This document shows positions 51,313 to 63,107 of a stretch of DNA of 64,000 nucleotides, in pieces; positions within the stretch are counted from its first letter, which is position 1, and the number at the start of each line of letters is the position of its first letter. A program made the translations under genes and the position numbers. The DNA is from Laetmonice hystrix (taxonomy: Eukaryota). The stretch covers positions 28,768,001 through 28,832,000 of the forward strand of contig OZ249439.1 in the NCBI GenBank assembly GCA_965235115.1, in the 5' to 3' direction. A model generated the notes under the pieces. The model was not told the DNA's origin. It saw only the letters and a list, made by a program, of their open reading frames with translations, and did not search any database.

Positions 51313-54300
51313 AAGATGATTTCAGCAGGAAATAACAGCGGATATATTATGTTATAGAGTCAGAAAGAAACCGCCCCGCCTCAAATCAAATTCTTACTTA
51401 CACTTACAAACAAATATACACATGGCTAGATCTGGGCCTGATTACGGGCGCGTCCTGCACAGTGGTTGTTGGAGTCTGTCGGGTACGTCGTGTCGTTAAA
51501 GAAGATTGATGACTCGGTCAGTTGATGGCCAGCGAGTGCCGGGTTCGAACACCGACCACTCCAGGCCACCACTTGGGTTAGGATGTCGTTTACCGGCCTG
51601 CTATAGTACACACACACACACCGCTGTCTCTACGGCACACGGCCAGCGACGGGAGCCGCCTGCACGCACAGCGCAAACAATATGGTTGCAGTTACCTCCT
51701 AAAGGACTAGCTGTACGTTTCGTTTTCCGTTTACAAGACATGAAGGCGGAAGGGACATGGCAGGCCTTTTCATGACTTCCCTCCAGGAGCGCGGGCCAAT
51801 TTATCATGTTAAAAAACAACCACTCTGTGCATGTCATGCTACTGCCATAAAATAATAGTTCACATGCACTGGTTTCATTTGAGGAAAATGACGATGAAAA
51901 TGGTTAATGACTGGCGTGTTCCGTAAGAAGGCGGAAACATTTCTTCTGTGTGTGGACGACTGGAGCGGGGATGTGATGTTGTAAAACCCCAGTTATCAGA
52001 CCCGTCAATGTAATAACGACAGACTCAGGATGATGTAGGACGACATTTGTAGTCGTAAAGACCATACTGTATCTAAACGTACACAACATAAACTAGAAGC
52101 TACATTGTCACGAGATTGAACGGAGAAGCGGAACAGAAACGCATGACGTCATTGTTTTTGTTGTCATCAGAGCGTTCGTTGACTAAATCATCCTGCTTAC
52201 AAGGCCTGTTCCCATATACTACTTATATTACTTTGCGGGCGTCGACGTGCAGCCATTGGGCTCCAAAGGAACAGATTCAGATTAAAATCAACTATAAGGC
52301 TTTGAATTAATTTCAACTTTAGCAACGCGATGTCCGATTTATGACAGTCCCATTCCAGGCCATAATTCAGGCCATAATTCACAGTGACATTGTACTATAA
52401 TAATGAAGTTTGGTTCACATACATTCAGTGCCAGTCTTGAAAGAACCACCCAACATTGACACGTCTAGGAACTCAGCGCAGCGGCTAAGAGAGTCATTGA
52501 TCCAATAAGTGGGATATTACAGCGATAATCTACTTAACATCACTTTAGTTTATCCAACGATAGTACACATCTATAGGCCCTTTTGAAGTTGACGTGGAGC
52601 ATTCATGCGTATTTTGTTAATATGTTCTCTAATAAAACAATAATGGTGGCCAAATGTTTATCTTGGCCTGGCGAGGACGCCAATGGAGTCCCCTACTATA
52701 CACTACTGTTCCCATGTGGAAAGAACTACCTTCTTTGTGAGATCGATTGGCTTAATCTGACCAGACCCAATTTCTGCTGCTTACCCCCGTAATGAGACCC
52801 CCCCCCGTAATGAGACACCCCCGTTATTGCGGATTACCAGTGTGGGACCAGCACGCGGTGAGCAGCGCTCTGCCTTGTTGTATGAGATCTTCCTCATTAG
52901 ACAGGCAGTGTCTTTCACGTCTGCTATAGCCGGTGGATTGCCGTCTGCCTGGCTTGCCTTTGCGAGCGGTTGTGTTGTCGTGGGACAATTAAGGACATGG
53001 CTAGCTGTGTCATCACTCGCTCTCTGCCGTATTACTGCGTACAGAACGAACACAGAGAAAGAGCACGCGCTCCGGGACCCGGCAGCGCTGTCATTACAGC
53101 CGCCGGCACAACGCCACTTGTAATACGAACAACACAGATCAGTATTCTTATCCGTGTGTTTGCATGACGCTGTCACTAAGACTAATCCTACCTGACCTAT
53201 ATTACCTCGGCTTGCATTCACCAGTATTTTCTCCGATCCGAATTTTCCAATCTGTGAATACGGAATACGGTACCTCGCTGTTGGCGGAGGCCAAGCGATA
53301 GGCGTCAAAGTCAATCGTGTACTGAAATGATTTATACGTTATATGGAAAATATTCTTTTATTCACGCAAAGATACTGATTTATCTTTCAGGTTGTGCACC
53401 CCAAAAACTCTGTTATTGAGGTAAATAAATACATCAACTGATTGTTTACGTAGGCTGGACTCTGTCAGCATCCAGCGTGGTCAAAGGGCGTTCTGTGTTG
53501 GCGACAACAACGGCTTGTAAAATACGGCCTCATTTCTGCCGAGTCCGCATCGATTCGGCAGCACGCCATCGAGGCGGCCACAGATCGCACTGTCTCCCGT
53601 ATGCTGATGTTCGCACGCGATGCCTTGTTCCTCGCAAGCATACCGACAGCTCCCGTATTATATTTTCCCACCGCCTCCGGTAACAAAAAAATGTGCCCTG
53701 TGATGAAGCCGGTAGGTTGGTGTAATCTCAAAGCTGTCCACCACCGAGGACAATCCGTGCTGACAAAAGGGAGAACCCCTACAGCCATGGATCATGGGGT
53801 TGTCGTTGTCTCCCGAACATCAAACGTTGTCCTGTTTTGGGAAAGCTGCCCTGATAACGTCCTGGGAATCAACAGGCGTCACGCGTGTAGGGCTATGATA
53901 AAACGGACATCGTCCTGTGGGGGGGGGGGGGGGGTGGCATCCAGGGCTGGCGCCAGTCTCTGAACGCTGGATCTATAGTTTAATATCATAGAATTCACAG
54001 TCTCTCGTCCTACATGGAACTGTGCATGTTTCCGAACCGAAGGTCGACATCCCTTGGGGGGAGGCAGTGCGCGCTTCCCTGTGTCTGCGGGGATTATTGT
54101 AAACATTTAAACGGAGTAGGATCCGGCGTCTGTGGTGTTTCTTTGATCAGCCTCCAGCCGAGGGGAGAGATCGCCTTAAACCGATTTAGCCGTGACGACC
54201 GTGGCTCGACCCCGGCTCTCGGTGCCCTCGGGACGGGTTGTGACCGGCTGGCCGCGGTCAGGAGTCAGGCAGTCGGCTCGGTGAGGGCTCTGGGCCTGCA

Positions 54301-56749
54301 GCGGCCGTGCACTGCTGGGGCATGCTCCCCCACCACCACCCACCACCAACCATAGGTCGCCATCAATAAGCTATCGGCGAGATTAATTCAAGAACCAACC
54401 TCCGTATGTCAAACCCACATCTTGTAACGGGGGTTTCCTTTAATAATAAATCAGTATGCAATAAATAAGCAAACGTTTGCGGGGTGGGAGGGGGTGGGGG
54501 GGGGGGTATTGACCTTTTAAGGTAAGAGTATCTTAGGTTTTGTTATTGATGTTAGAAGGGATGCTCTCTAGCAATCGGGCCACAGAGCCCAATGGAAGGA
54601 ATGGGGTCGAGATATATGTACGAGATGGTGCTGCCAGATTGTTGGAGGCCCTGTGATAATGTTGTAACAAACGAGAGCAGCTCGTGTTGTTTTGACGGAG
54701 GCACGGTTGACCCGACTCCTCGACAAGTCAAGGATGTATTACTAGATAATGTTTGATCACCAAACTGCGCTCGTAATTTACCTTTATGTTGGGCACTGAT
54801 AAAACACAATTTATCACTTTGGATCTTCCCTGCTCGCTGCCTTTGTGCCAATTGTTTCTAGATCTATGTTCAATAAGCGGAACACTCCTAGCCTGTGATC
54901 GCAATCCAATTCAAATATTGTCTTCTCATAATTAGTGGCCAAGATTAAATGGGACGATATGAGAATAATTACGAGGGACGATTTCATAGCCTGTCGCCAC
55001 GGGAATAATAAAATCTATAACGATCGATTTGTATGAAAACAGCGGGAGAATAACTGGCACGGAAAGGTCTGTCTCATAGCCTATTTCACAAGTACAAATG
55101 GATCAGTTCGAGTCTCTGAACTGATTGGTACACGTCTCTGCCAATCATGTATAGTATTGTGGCAGACGGCCATATCAAACTGGATGAAATGTTGGGGAGC
55201 ATTAACACCTAGACTGCCTGGACCTTTTTTCCAACCGATTGTATCGCTGTAGCTAATGATCAAGTAGTCGGGCCTGTTTTACGGCCATTAAACCTCTTTA
55301 CACATGTCCTTTGAAGGGCACCTTGTAAGATTATCTTGATCCCTTTCTCTTTCAAAAGAGCCCTTCTCACAACACCCCCCTCTTTCATGGATGTAATCAA
55401 CTTAATCTGTTTCCACTCAGTCTATATATAGAGCCGAGTCCAAGACAACAGTCCATTTATAGCATGACTCAGGACCACAAGAACGATTTGATCAAACTAG
55501 ATATCTTCCTTTGCCAGATGTCCCACAAGCCAGACTTTTTTTTTGTGAATCGATCTTTATTAGTGATGTCCCAGGATGATTCGATCTCAGCCGCATCGAC
55601 TGTGGAGTAGCAGTAGGCGTGGTTGCGGCAGAGCCCTCACTTGAGTGGGTTGGTTTTGGTGGGGTAGTCTCCCGCCTCGTCACGTCAATAGACATCCCCT
55701 CATAATTTGATACCGTTTTCGAGCAGCCAGCACAACAAAAAGGCACTGAGCGGGATGCTCAAAACGTCTTAACGGCCGCTTGATGTTAAATCCCAACTTG
55801 ATGAGGAAGGATCTATATTCCGCTCTGCCGAACAGAGCGCGCCCTCCCCACATCGGGTTAAGCTCACAGGGGGGTTAAACCATGGAAAGGACCCCGAGAG
55901 GGGCCGGGAGGCTGCCGCTAAATGTAATCTCCAAGGTCATGCCTGCGACTGGAGCCGTTCTTGCCGATGGAGTTACCGAAGCTGAGATAGATGGTGCTTA
56001 TCCAAGTGGGAATGAACCTCACTGAGCCGGCCAGAAATCAGACTAGCGTGAGCCCTAATCGGGTCCGGGCTGCTTCAATTAGAATGAGGAAAACGTTAAG
56101 ATCTAGAAATTGAGTTTCCAGCGGAAGGACTTCCTGGGTGGGAAACTCATACTGTTCAAATAAACGCCAGATTTCATCAGGTTAGGTAAAACTTTGAGAT
56201 GGAGCTGTGGAGTCGGCTGTCGTGACGGATGCCATGACCTTGGGAGAGTGTTTCATCCGACTTCCTCCTCCTCCTCCTCATCTCAATGATGTAGGCCTAC
56301 ACCCAACATCGAGATAATATTATAGGCTGGTGTGCCGTTTCATGTAACATGCCCTGTCCGTTGTGTGCTCTAACTCTAGGACTAATCCCCCAGCGACAGA
56401 CGCGGAGTGGATTATCATGAGAACACACGTTTGCTCATTTGCTTGCCACGCTGGATTCGTAGTCTTTCACGCCAGATTTGCACCTGAAGCATCTGTAGTG
56501 CCTCTACCGGAAAATTCACTGCGCAGTCGGGCGTTATGGAGAATGCTTGGCGACAAGGACAATCTTCGAGGGATACTGCCTAATTTCAGGAAGGTCTGCG
56601 CGAATCGCGCCAGGTCCCAGCACCTTCGTGATTGTTTTCGAGTGTGTGATATTCGAAGCGTAAATGATTGTAGGTCGCATCGTTAAGCACTCGTATCGGC
56701 ACAATTTATCTTGCCGCCAAGTTGGCAATAAGCGGTACTCGTAGTGGGG

Positions 56750-57550
56750 GTAGCGTGCAATGCTAGTAGTGCAGTATCAGGCAGCAATCATGTTGGCAAA
56801 TTGCGTCCGCCTTTCGCTGTAATCTGCGGATGGCATCTCTGCTCATGGCAGCTTCCGGAGATCGTCTAATGCCATGGGCACACGGCACAGCAAGGTGTTG
56901 CTGTGGTATAGGAGCCCCGACATACGAGTACCAGACTTCCACAGAACACACATCAAATATCTGCCGGCTGTATTAACGTTGACTCAGTACATGTGATAAA
57001 CACACACATGTATGCACACAGGGACAGAAGTTTGAAGTATAAAGTCGCAGCGTTTGTTTTGGTATAGACACACAGCGGGAGTATATACCATCAGCCCTTG
57101 CAGTCACGCCCCTCACCGGAAGTGGCGTCCGTGGATCCGGTTGCTATAGGTACCCTCCCAGTATATAGCGTTCGGCTGCCTCCCCAATGAAAACCCGTCC
57201 TCCATTGTCCTGTATTAGTAGTCCTCCACCAACAGTCTTTATGGAAATCCTTGTTTGCCGATCGTGCCATCAAGTATGTAGATCTCACGTATCGGGTGGT
57301 CTGTATGAGACAGACACACAGCCAGCGGCCACTTCCCTTCGGTCCGTCATGTATTTATCATTTAATGGACCGCTGTAGAAACCAAGAACTGGCGTATAAA
57401 CGTGCCCAGACGACATCGATCGCTGATCCCGGTTTGCCGATCGCCAACAGTTGCCCTGTTAAATTTGACCTGATCATGAACATGTTGTTTCAGATGATTG
57501 GCGAGGTTTTGTGTGTTGGTGTCTGAATTAACGCCATCCTTAGGCAACAG
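56750..57550 (-). mobile_element. Decayed LINE reverse transcriptase C-terminal fragment
   Basis: Minus-strand motifs in the expected order: NLANHLK...KFNRAT, CRLGTFIRQFL, TLRLYTSN..P, EVW...IRRLQRKADAIC (like FN.SK, KYLG..ID..L, LY.S.VRP.LEY, VW...LE.VQRRA). Frameshifted. Confidence 0.45.
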
Positions 57551-58758
57551 TAATGTAATCAGGCTATTTAAACCCCGGTTCTCTGATCACAGATGTTGGT
57601 ACAGCATTTCAAAGGAAGTACAAATTAGCGTGGTGCTGGAGTATTCCAACAGCTGAGGGGGGAAGACGCCAGGTTGTTGCAGAGTGTTTGACAGAGGTTG
57701 GCTGGCAGGACGCCGCCTGGACTGGCTTCAGATCTGTCTTATGTTATATATATATGACGTATGTCTCTAACGTCAGCCTGCCTTCCTAGGCTGCTCTGAT
57801 CTATGGTCAAAAGTGCGAAGTAATAATTAATACGGCCTTCCCAAAGGGTTCTTTTTCTGTGCCATTTCCGTCTGTGCTGCCTACCAAAAGGAAATAGCGA
57901 CGACTCGTAATGTTTTTTGGCGGACAACCTGTCATTCCTGACCATTCCCTTTCAAGTATTTTTATGCGTTCGTGTCGATGTGCCATCCGTTGATGCACCT
58001 TGAGAGAATCAGCACATTTCAAGAGTCGCGCAGCGGGAAATTTTTAAAAAACTACTGTGAATGAGAAAATCGTAAATTATGTGTACCGCCCCTACATACG
58101 CACACGGTTTCATTTTAATCGACTTGTTTGTCGATAAGATTCGTTTGAAGTATGGAGTGTAGCATCACAGCTGCTCGCACAGCCACCAGGGAGGGGGGGG
58201 GGGGTCCAGAGGGTTGCATATACTAGTAGCTTGGGCCGTGTGAGAGGCATTGTAACGAGACGGAATGTGAATAAATCATGCCAGCGACTCCGGGTTTATC
58301 AGCTTGCCTGACAGACAGAACAGCTGACTCAGGGCCTCACACGTTGTTTTTCACACAAACTCCCGGACGTTTTATTCATGTGTGGCTCGTTACACTATTA
58401 AATTGCTGTGACAGTTTAAAAACTGTCAAATACAAAAAGGAATGTTTAAAAAAAACTTTGCCTGGAGGATGCTGTTTGCAAGAGACGGAAAATACTGTGT
58501 GAACGTCACAATACATGTACTAACCCATGAACGATTTAACCCCCTACTAATAAATGATCAAACATTTTAAGTTATAGCACATTCTAAGATGGTGAATGAC
58601 AATTTGACTACTTAACAGAATATTGCCTGTATATCGTAGACACGTGCATTATTTTGAATAACACAACTGGAGGGTGATTACAAGGTCTGTTAGAAGAAAT
58701 ATTTTCACGGACGATTGACAAACCACTAATATCTTTCCATATGTTTGCTTTTTTGCAG

Positions 58759-58955
58759 GTTTACTGCGTTTACAGCACTTATTCGAAGTTGTAAATAGTG
58801 AAGAATTAAAACTAGAAATAGATGTTATACGTATAATCAACGTGGAGAACTGCTATGCACTTTTGCGACAACTAGACAGCCGAATGCCCACCGGCGACAA
58901 GAATATAGTACTCGACCTATCGACAGAAAGGTCCTTAGAGCTTGTTTTGAGACAA
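58759..58955 (+). CDS. GRIA: GluA coding exon 4 (ATD): (G)LLRLQHLFEVVNSEE...LDSRMPTGDKNIVLDLSTERSLELVLRQ
   Basis: TTTTGCAG acceptor, GTGAGT donor, 197 nt, phase 1-0. Restores frame after the 31.1-kb intron and resembles GluA GLSTLQAVL...ERRVILDC. Confidence 0.9.
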
Positions 58956-59169
58956 GTGAGTTCTCTTTCATACATTTCTTATTTTCTAAAAGTATTGAAC
59001 ATCTTAAGTATTGGCATAATGCGATGAAACAAAAGTTAAAAATGGGTCGTTTTACCAACAATCGTATCTCATCCGTAAAAAATAGTTTTCTAATGAACAT
59101 TATTCAACTGCTAGTCAGAAGGACCTACCATTTTTTACCAAAATGTACAATATTGATTCCTTATTTCAG

Positions 59170-59223
59170 ATACAAAATGTAGGAATGAATAGAGCAAACT
59201 ACCATTATTTACTAGGAGGTTTG
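59170..59223 (+). CDS. GRIA: GluA coding exon 5: IQNVGMNRANYHYLLGGL
   Basis: TTTCAG acceptor, GTGAGT donor, 54 nt. Carries the YHY(I/L) motif of AMPARs. Confidence 0.93.
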
Positions 59224-59676
59224 GTGAGTACCGTTTTGTCACATATTGTTATCGTTTTTTTTGTAACGAACTCCCTTCCTTATCGCTCGGCTACCAATAG
59301 TACCGCCATTGTCGCTGAGCGGCTCTCGCCTATTCCGTCAATAATCGTTGTATTATTCCCAGCAAAGCGTCCTGCATCATTCACTAACGAACCATTTAGT
59401 CACGTCGAAGTGTTTTTTTTAAACCGTCTCCGCCTAAGTATTTCCTGAAGTATCAGGTTTCAAGCCGTACTACTTGCAATCGGCCACTTAATTGCCTGCC
59501 TGCAGAATTCATCGGATCTCAAGCTTTAAGCGGCTCGCATGGGAAGGCCTGGCACTGGATGCTGTCTGATATAGGGATAAAGACGTCTCACCAAAGTATC
59601 GAGAGAGAAAACAAGCAAGAAGATTGTTTGCTAGAACGACAGCAAAACTAAATTGTTCATATGCCTACTTTTCCAG

Positions 59677-59841
59677 AGTATGGACGAACTGGACCTCGAG
59701 GATTTCAAGCATGGCGGAGTGAACATTACCGGTTTCCGATTGGTGGATCCAGAACAGGAACAGGTTAAGACCGTCCAGCGGGAGTGGTCCAGACTCAACC
59801 CCAATTATTGGAAGGGGGCTGGAACCGACAGGAAAATACGG
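59677..59841 (+). CDS. GRIA: GluA coding exon 6: SMDELDLEDFKHGGVNITGFRLVDP...WSRLNPNYWKGAGTDRKIR
   Basis: TTCCAG acceptor, GTAATA donor, 165 nt. GGxNxTGFxxV is a hallmark motif. Confidence 0.93.
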
Positions 59842-59947
59842 GTAATACAGGCATTCAGTGTCAGCGCCTATTGTTTTTGTTGTATAGTGGTGGTGGACGA
59901 AAGGGGGGGGGGGGCTAAAAATCTCAATTTTGTAATGACGTTCAACC

Positions 59948-60390
59948 CAGGGGCGGATCCAGCTTTTTCCGTTAGGGGGGTTCAAGGTGTTTATGGGTAA
60001 CACAGACGTGACTGTACGAGCGCCGAAGGCGGGAAGTCTGCAAGCGCCAAAGGCGCGAAGCCTTCCTAGGGGGGTCCCGGAAAATTGTGAAATTCAAGGT
60101 GTAATTTGTTGCATTTGCGATGCATTTTGGAGCAAAAAATAAGCTATTCAATGACCAATGTGACCAAGGGCAAAAGGGCCTCCTCAACTCCAACAGCATC
60201 TTTGGCTATAGCATGAAATCATGCCGAGCGCAGCGATGCAAAAAAATTTTTTAGGTGGTTTTTATCTTGCAACTGAAAGAAAAAAAACTTCTAAATTATA
60301 ATGTTTAGTTAAAATGTGTGTATCTGCAAAATTTTAGGGGGGGTTCGAACCCCATGAACCCCCCCCCCCCGACCCCTGGATCCGCCAGTG
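59948..60390. mobile_element. MITE in intron 6, CAG(G)GGCGGATCCAG TIR, exact 5-bp TSD CAACC
   Basis: CAACC|CAGGGGCGGATCCAG ... CTGGATCCGCCAGTG|CAACC. Confidence 0.85.
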
Positions 60391-60549
60391 CAACCCCTCC
60401 ATAAGGTCCACCTTTAAGGGGCCCTAAACCAATACTGTACATAATATGCGATTGCTATACATCATGCCTAGTATTATACTTCAGGCCTTGCCCCTTTGTT
60501 GCCATGGAAACTAGAGATGATCTGTGTGGTTTGCCGGTTGTTTCTATAG

Positions 60550-60756
60550 TTGGAGGCAGCCCTCACGATGGATGCCATCGCTGTCATCGTCAGGGGTATC
60601 CGAAACATGCTGCAGAAGGACCCGGACGTGTTCCGCAACACCTTCCGACGCGGACAGGTCTACAACAATGGCACAAGGGGAATCAAGTGCAAGTCCGACC
60701 CAGCTATTCCGTGGAAACATGGCCCAGCTATCATGAAGAACTTCAAGAGTTCCAGT
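60550..60756 (+). CDS. GRIA: GluA coding exon 7: LEAALTMDAIAVI...YNNGTRGIKCKSDPAIPWKHGPAIMKNFKSSS
   Basis: CTATAG acceptor, GTATGT donor, 207 nt. Has ALTxDA and C..xP.xPWxxG with the second ATD disulfide cysteine. Confidence 0.9.
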
Positions 60757-60929
60757 GTATGTAGTCGTCAATAACGCACCTGTCGAGGGGCAGATCAGAC
60801 TTGTTACATGAATAGATCTGTGAAGCAGTTTTCCTCTTTAGGCGGGGATATTTTTATCAGGAGGGCAGGGGGGAATTGCCTCCCCCTTTGAATTTTGACA
60901 ACCCCAAAAGGTTCAGAATTTTGGATCTA

Positions 60930-61145
60930 AATATCTATACCTCTGAGCCACGTGTCGGAAAGAAAGGTCCACAATTGTGGATGCTTTGTGGTATATAATG
61001 GACCTCTGAGCCATGCGCCAAAGAGAAAGGTCCATAACTTTGGATCCTTTGTAAAATATCTGGACCTCTGACCTAGTGGCTTACAAAAAAGATCCACAAT
61101 TTTGGAGGTTTTTTTTAAATATCTGAAGGTCTAAACCACGCCCCA
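60930..61145 (+). repeat. Degenerate tandem repeat of about 60 bp (GGACCTCTGAGCCA...AAAGGTCCACAATTTTGGA), about 3.5 copies
   Basis: Recurrent motifs at regular spacing in intron 7. Confidence 0.65.
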
Positions 61146-61330
61146 TGTTCAGTTAATGAATGAAGCTAATGAAGCTCGTATAAAAATACTTTACGAGCTG
61201 GATAAATTAGCTCAAATTAAACTTGTTTGACTATAGGCTTTAACTGTTAAAGAAAATGCCAGCAATGTTAGGATTGCCCCGACTTCTGAATCGAAGTAAA
61301 GTCGCTGAAGTCCCTGCTCCCATTTCCCAG

Positions 61331-61438
61331 GTGCAGTTCCAAGGTGTGACGGGGCATGTTGCCTTTGATGAGTTCGGAATGCGACAAGACTACACCCTAG
61401 ACGTGCTAGAGCTAAGTCTCGACAGCGAACCGAAGAAG
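61331..61438 (+). CDS. GRIA: GluA coding exon 8: VQFQGVTGHVAFDEFGMRQDYTLDVLELSLDSEPKK
   Basis: TCCCAG acceptor, GTGAGA donor, 108 nt. G(L/V)TG.I.FD..G.R..YT motif. Confidence 0.95.
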
Positions 61439-61702
61439 GTGAGAATATTCTGATGTCTACTACGGCTCGATATTTGAAAATCTGAATAATTGGAATTATT
61501 CAAAATGAGACACAACTTGTTATAACATCTCATTCTGGTCCGATTGGAAGTGATGCGGTCTCTACGCATTAATGGACCAAATATATGTAAAAGTCAAATT
61601 TCATATGGTTCAAAATGGGATATGGTCGTAAATACACCGTTATTTATAGTATTCTTACTACTGCTTCATGGGAATTGTAAAAATAATCCGGTACATTTAC
61701 AG

Positions 61703-61810
61703 ATCGGCCAATGGAACTACAAAACCGGCGTTCACATCAAGAGAAAAAAGATCGACGGCCCAGTGGAGTCTGAGAAAGAAAACCGTACTCGCATCGTCAC
61801 CTCAATCATG
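61703..61810 (+). CDS. GRIA: GluA coding exon 9: IGQWNYKTG...ENRTRIVTSIM (ATD-S1 linker)
   Basis: TTACAG acceptor, GTGAGT donor, 108 nt. IG.W and ENRT.IVTT motifs. Confidence 0.95.
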
Positions 61811-62541
61811 GTGAGTGCCCCCCCCCCCGCCCCCCCCCCCCGGCCTCTGCCCCTGACGGCGATTCACAATTCTCCCAGCGCTAGTTCCGTCGTGTATCTA
61901 TAACCAATAGATAACGGCGGATATCGCCGTGAGAGTCCCGGATGTCATCGACGCTGGAGTGATGCGCTGCCCCGGCTGCCCGGTAATCAGGCCGTAGATA
62001 CCTGTAATTGGAATGGAAATGACTAGCGACGGCCAGGACTGACCAAGGGTCGTCGTCTACGTGAAGGATCTCGCATGAAAGATTGCTCCTTCACATTGCA
62101 TGGGGAAGATGGTGGTTGGGGGGTCTTAGAGGGGGCGACAGGACCGTTTACAGACCGGCCTCTTCTGTGTCATCCAGTTTATAATGGGGGAAATTATTCC
62201 GGCAAGAATAGGGGTAAACGTAATCACTGTTAATTATTGGGTGGAGTATCTGGGGTTGATTCAGCACAAATCATACGCGATGTTCGAAAACCAACAGAAA
62301 CTCTACGAAAGAAGGTGCATGCATGCATTTAATCCCTTGGCATCTATCGAAAATAGTGGGGGGTCGCCCCGGTGCGCGGGTTTTCTCCTATCATCTCATC
62401 ATTATCACCCAATGGATTTCACCAACTGAGTTATAGTTACCTTGTTTGCAGGGTGTTTGTATATAAAGAAAGTGCATGCCAGATGTGCCTGTTGTGCGGC
62501 AGTATAGACCATTCTTTAGACCAAAGCTGTTCCTCTTCCAG

Positions 62542-62754
62542 TCGGCGCCTTATCTGATGCTGCGGAAGCAACCCGATGAAGGAGGTCCCCTTGTAGGGAA
62601 CGACAGATTTGAGGGCTACTGTGCCGACGTGGCGGAGAAATTGGCGAAGATTGTAGGCTTCGACTACATATTACGTCTGGTAAAGGACAATAAGTATGGC
62701 GAGAAGATGCCTGACGGTACCTGGAACGGTATGGTAGGAGAACTTACAAGGCGG
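62542..62754 (+). CDS. GRIA: GluA coding exon 10 (S1): SAPYLMLRK...GNDRFEGYCADVAEKLAKIVGFDY.LRLVKDNKYG...WNGMVGELTRR; gene continues beyond the window
   Basis: TTCCAG acceptor, GTAAGT donor, 213 nt. GN.RFEGYC, KYG and WNGMVGEL are hallmark S1 motifs. The next exon (ADLA..PLT...R) was not found before 64000. Confidence 0.97.
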
Positions 62755-62815
62755 GTAAGTTGGCTAGCCTAGAATCCTGCATGGCTTTCTTTATCTCACG
62801 TTTGTCGGCCATCGC

Positions 62816-63107
62816 CAGTGGCGGATCCAGGATTTCAGGAAATGGGGGGGGGGGGGGGGGGGGGGGGGGGCAACTTTTGTTGGATAATCAGTGGCCCATT
62901 TTTCGGGGGGTTTAGGGCCCTCCCCTAGAATATTTTTTTTTCAGGAACGTCGGAAGCTTTTTTTTTGAACATGTAGAGTAGAAATTTCTCCCAACTCTTT
63001 CAACGAAATTCCATTATTTTTTAAGCATGAAACATAGAAAATAGGCAAGACTTTGGAAAATAGGGGGGGGGGGGCGGGTCGGGTGGGTCCCCCTGGATCC
63101 GCCACTG
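62816..63107. mobile_element. MITE in intron 10, CAGTGGCGGATCCAGG TIR, exact 5-bp TSD ATCGC
   Basis: ATCGC|CAGTGGCGGATCCAGG ... CCTGGATCCGCCACTG|ATCGC. Confidence 0.9.

Noticed and set aside
51515-51560. GGGTTCGAAC B-box, possible tRNA or SINE head
   Set aside because: No clear A-box or cloverleaf; insufficient to call.
59842-60000. Open frame continuing through intron 6 after a weak GTAATA donor (possible truncated ATD isoform)
   Set aside because: The read-through is non-conserved-looking and runs into a MITE; short open frames are expected by chance.
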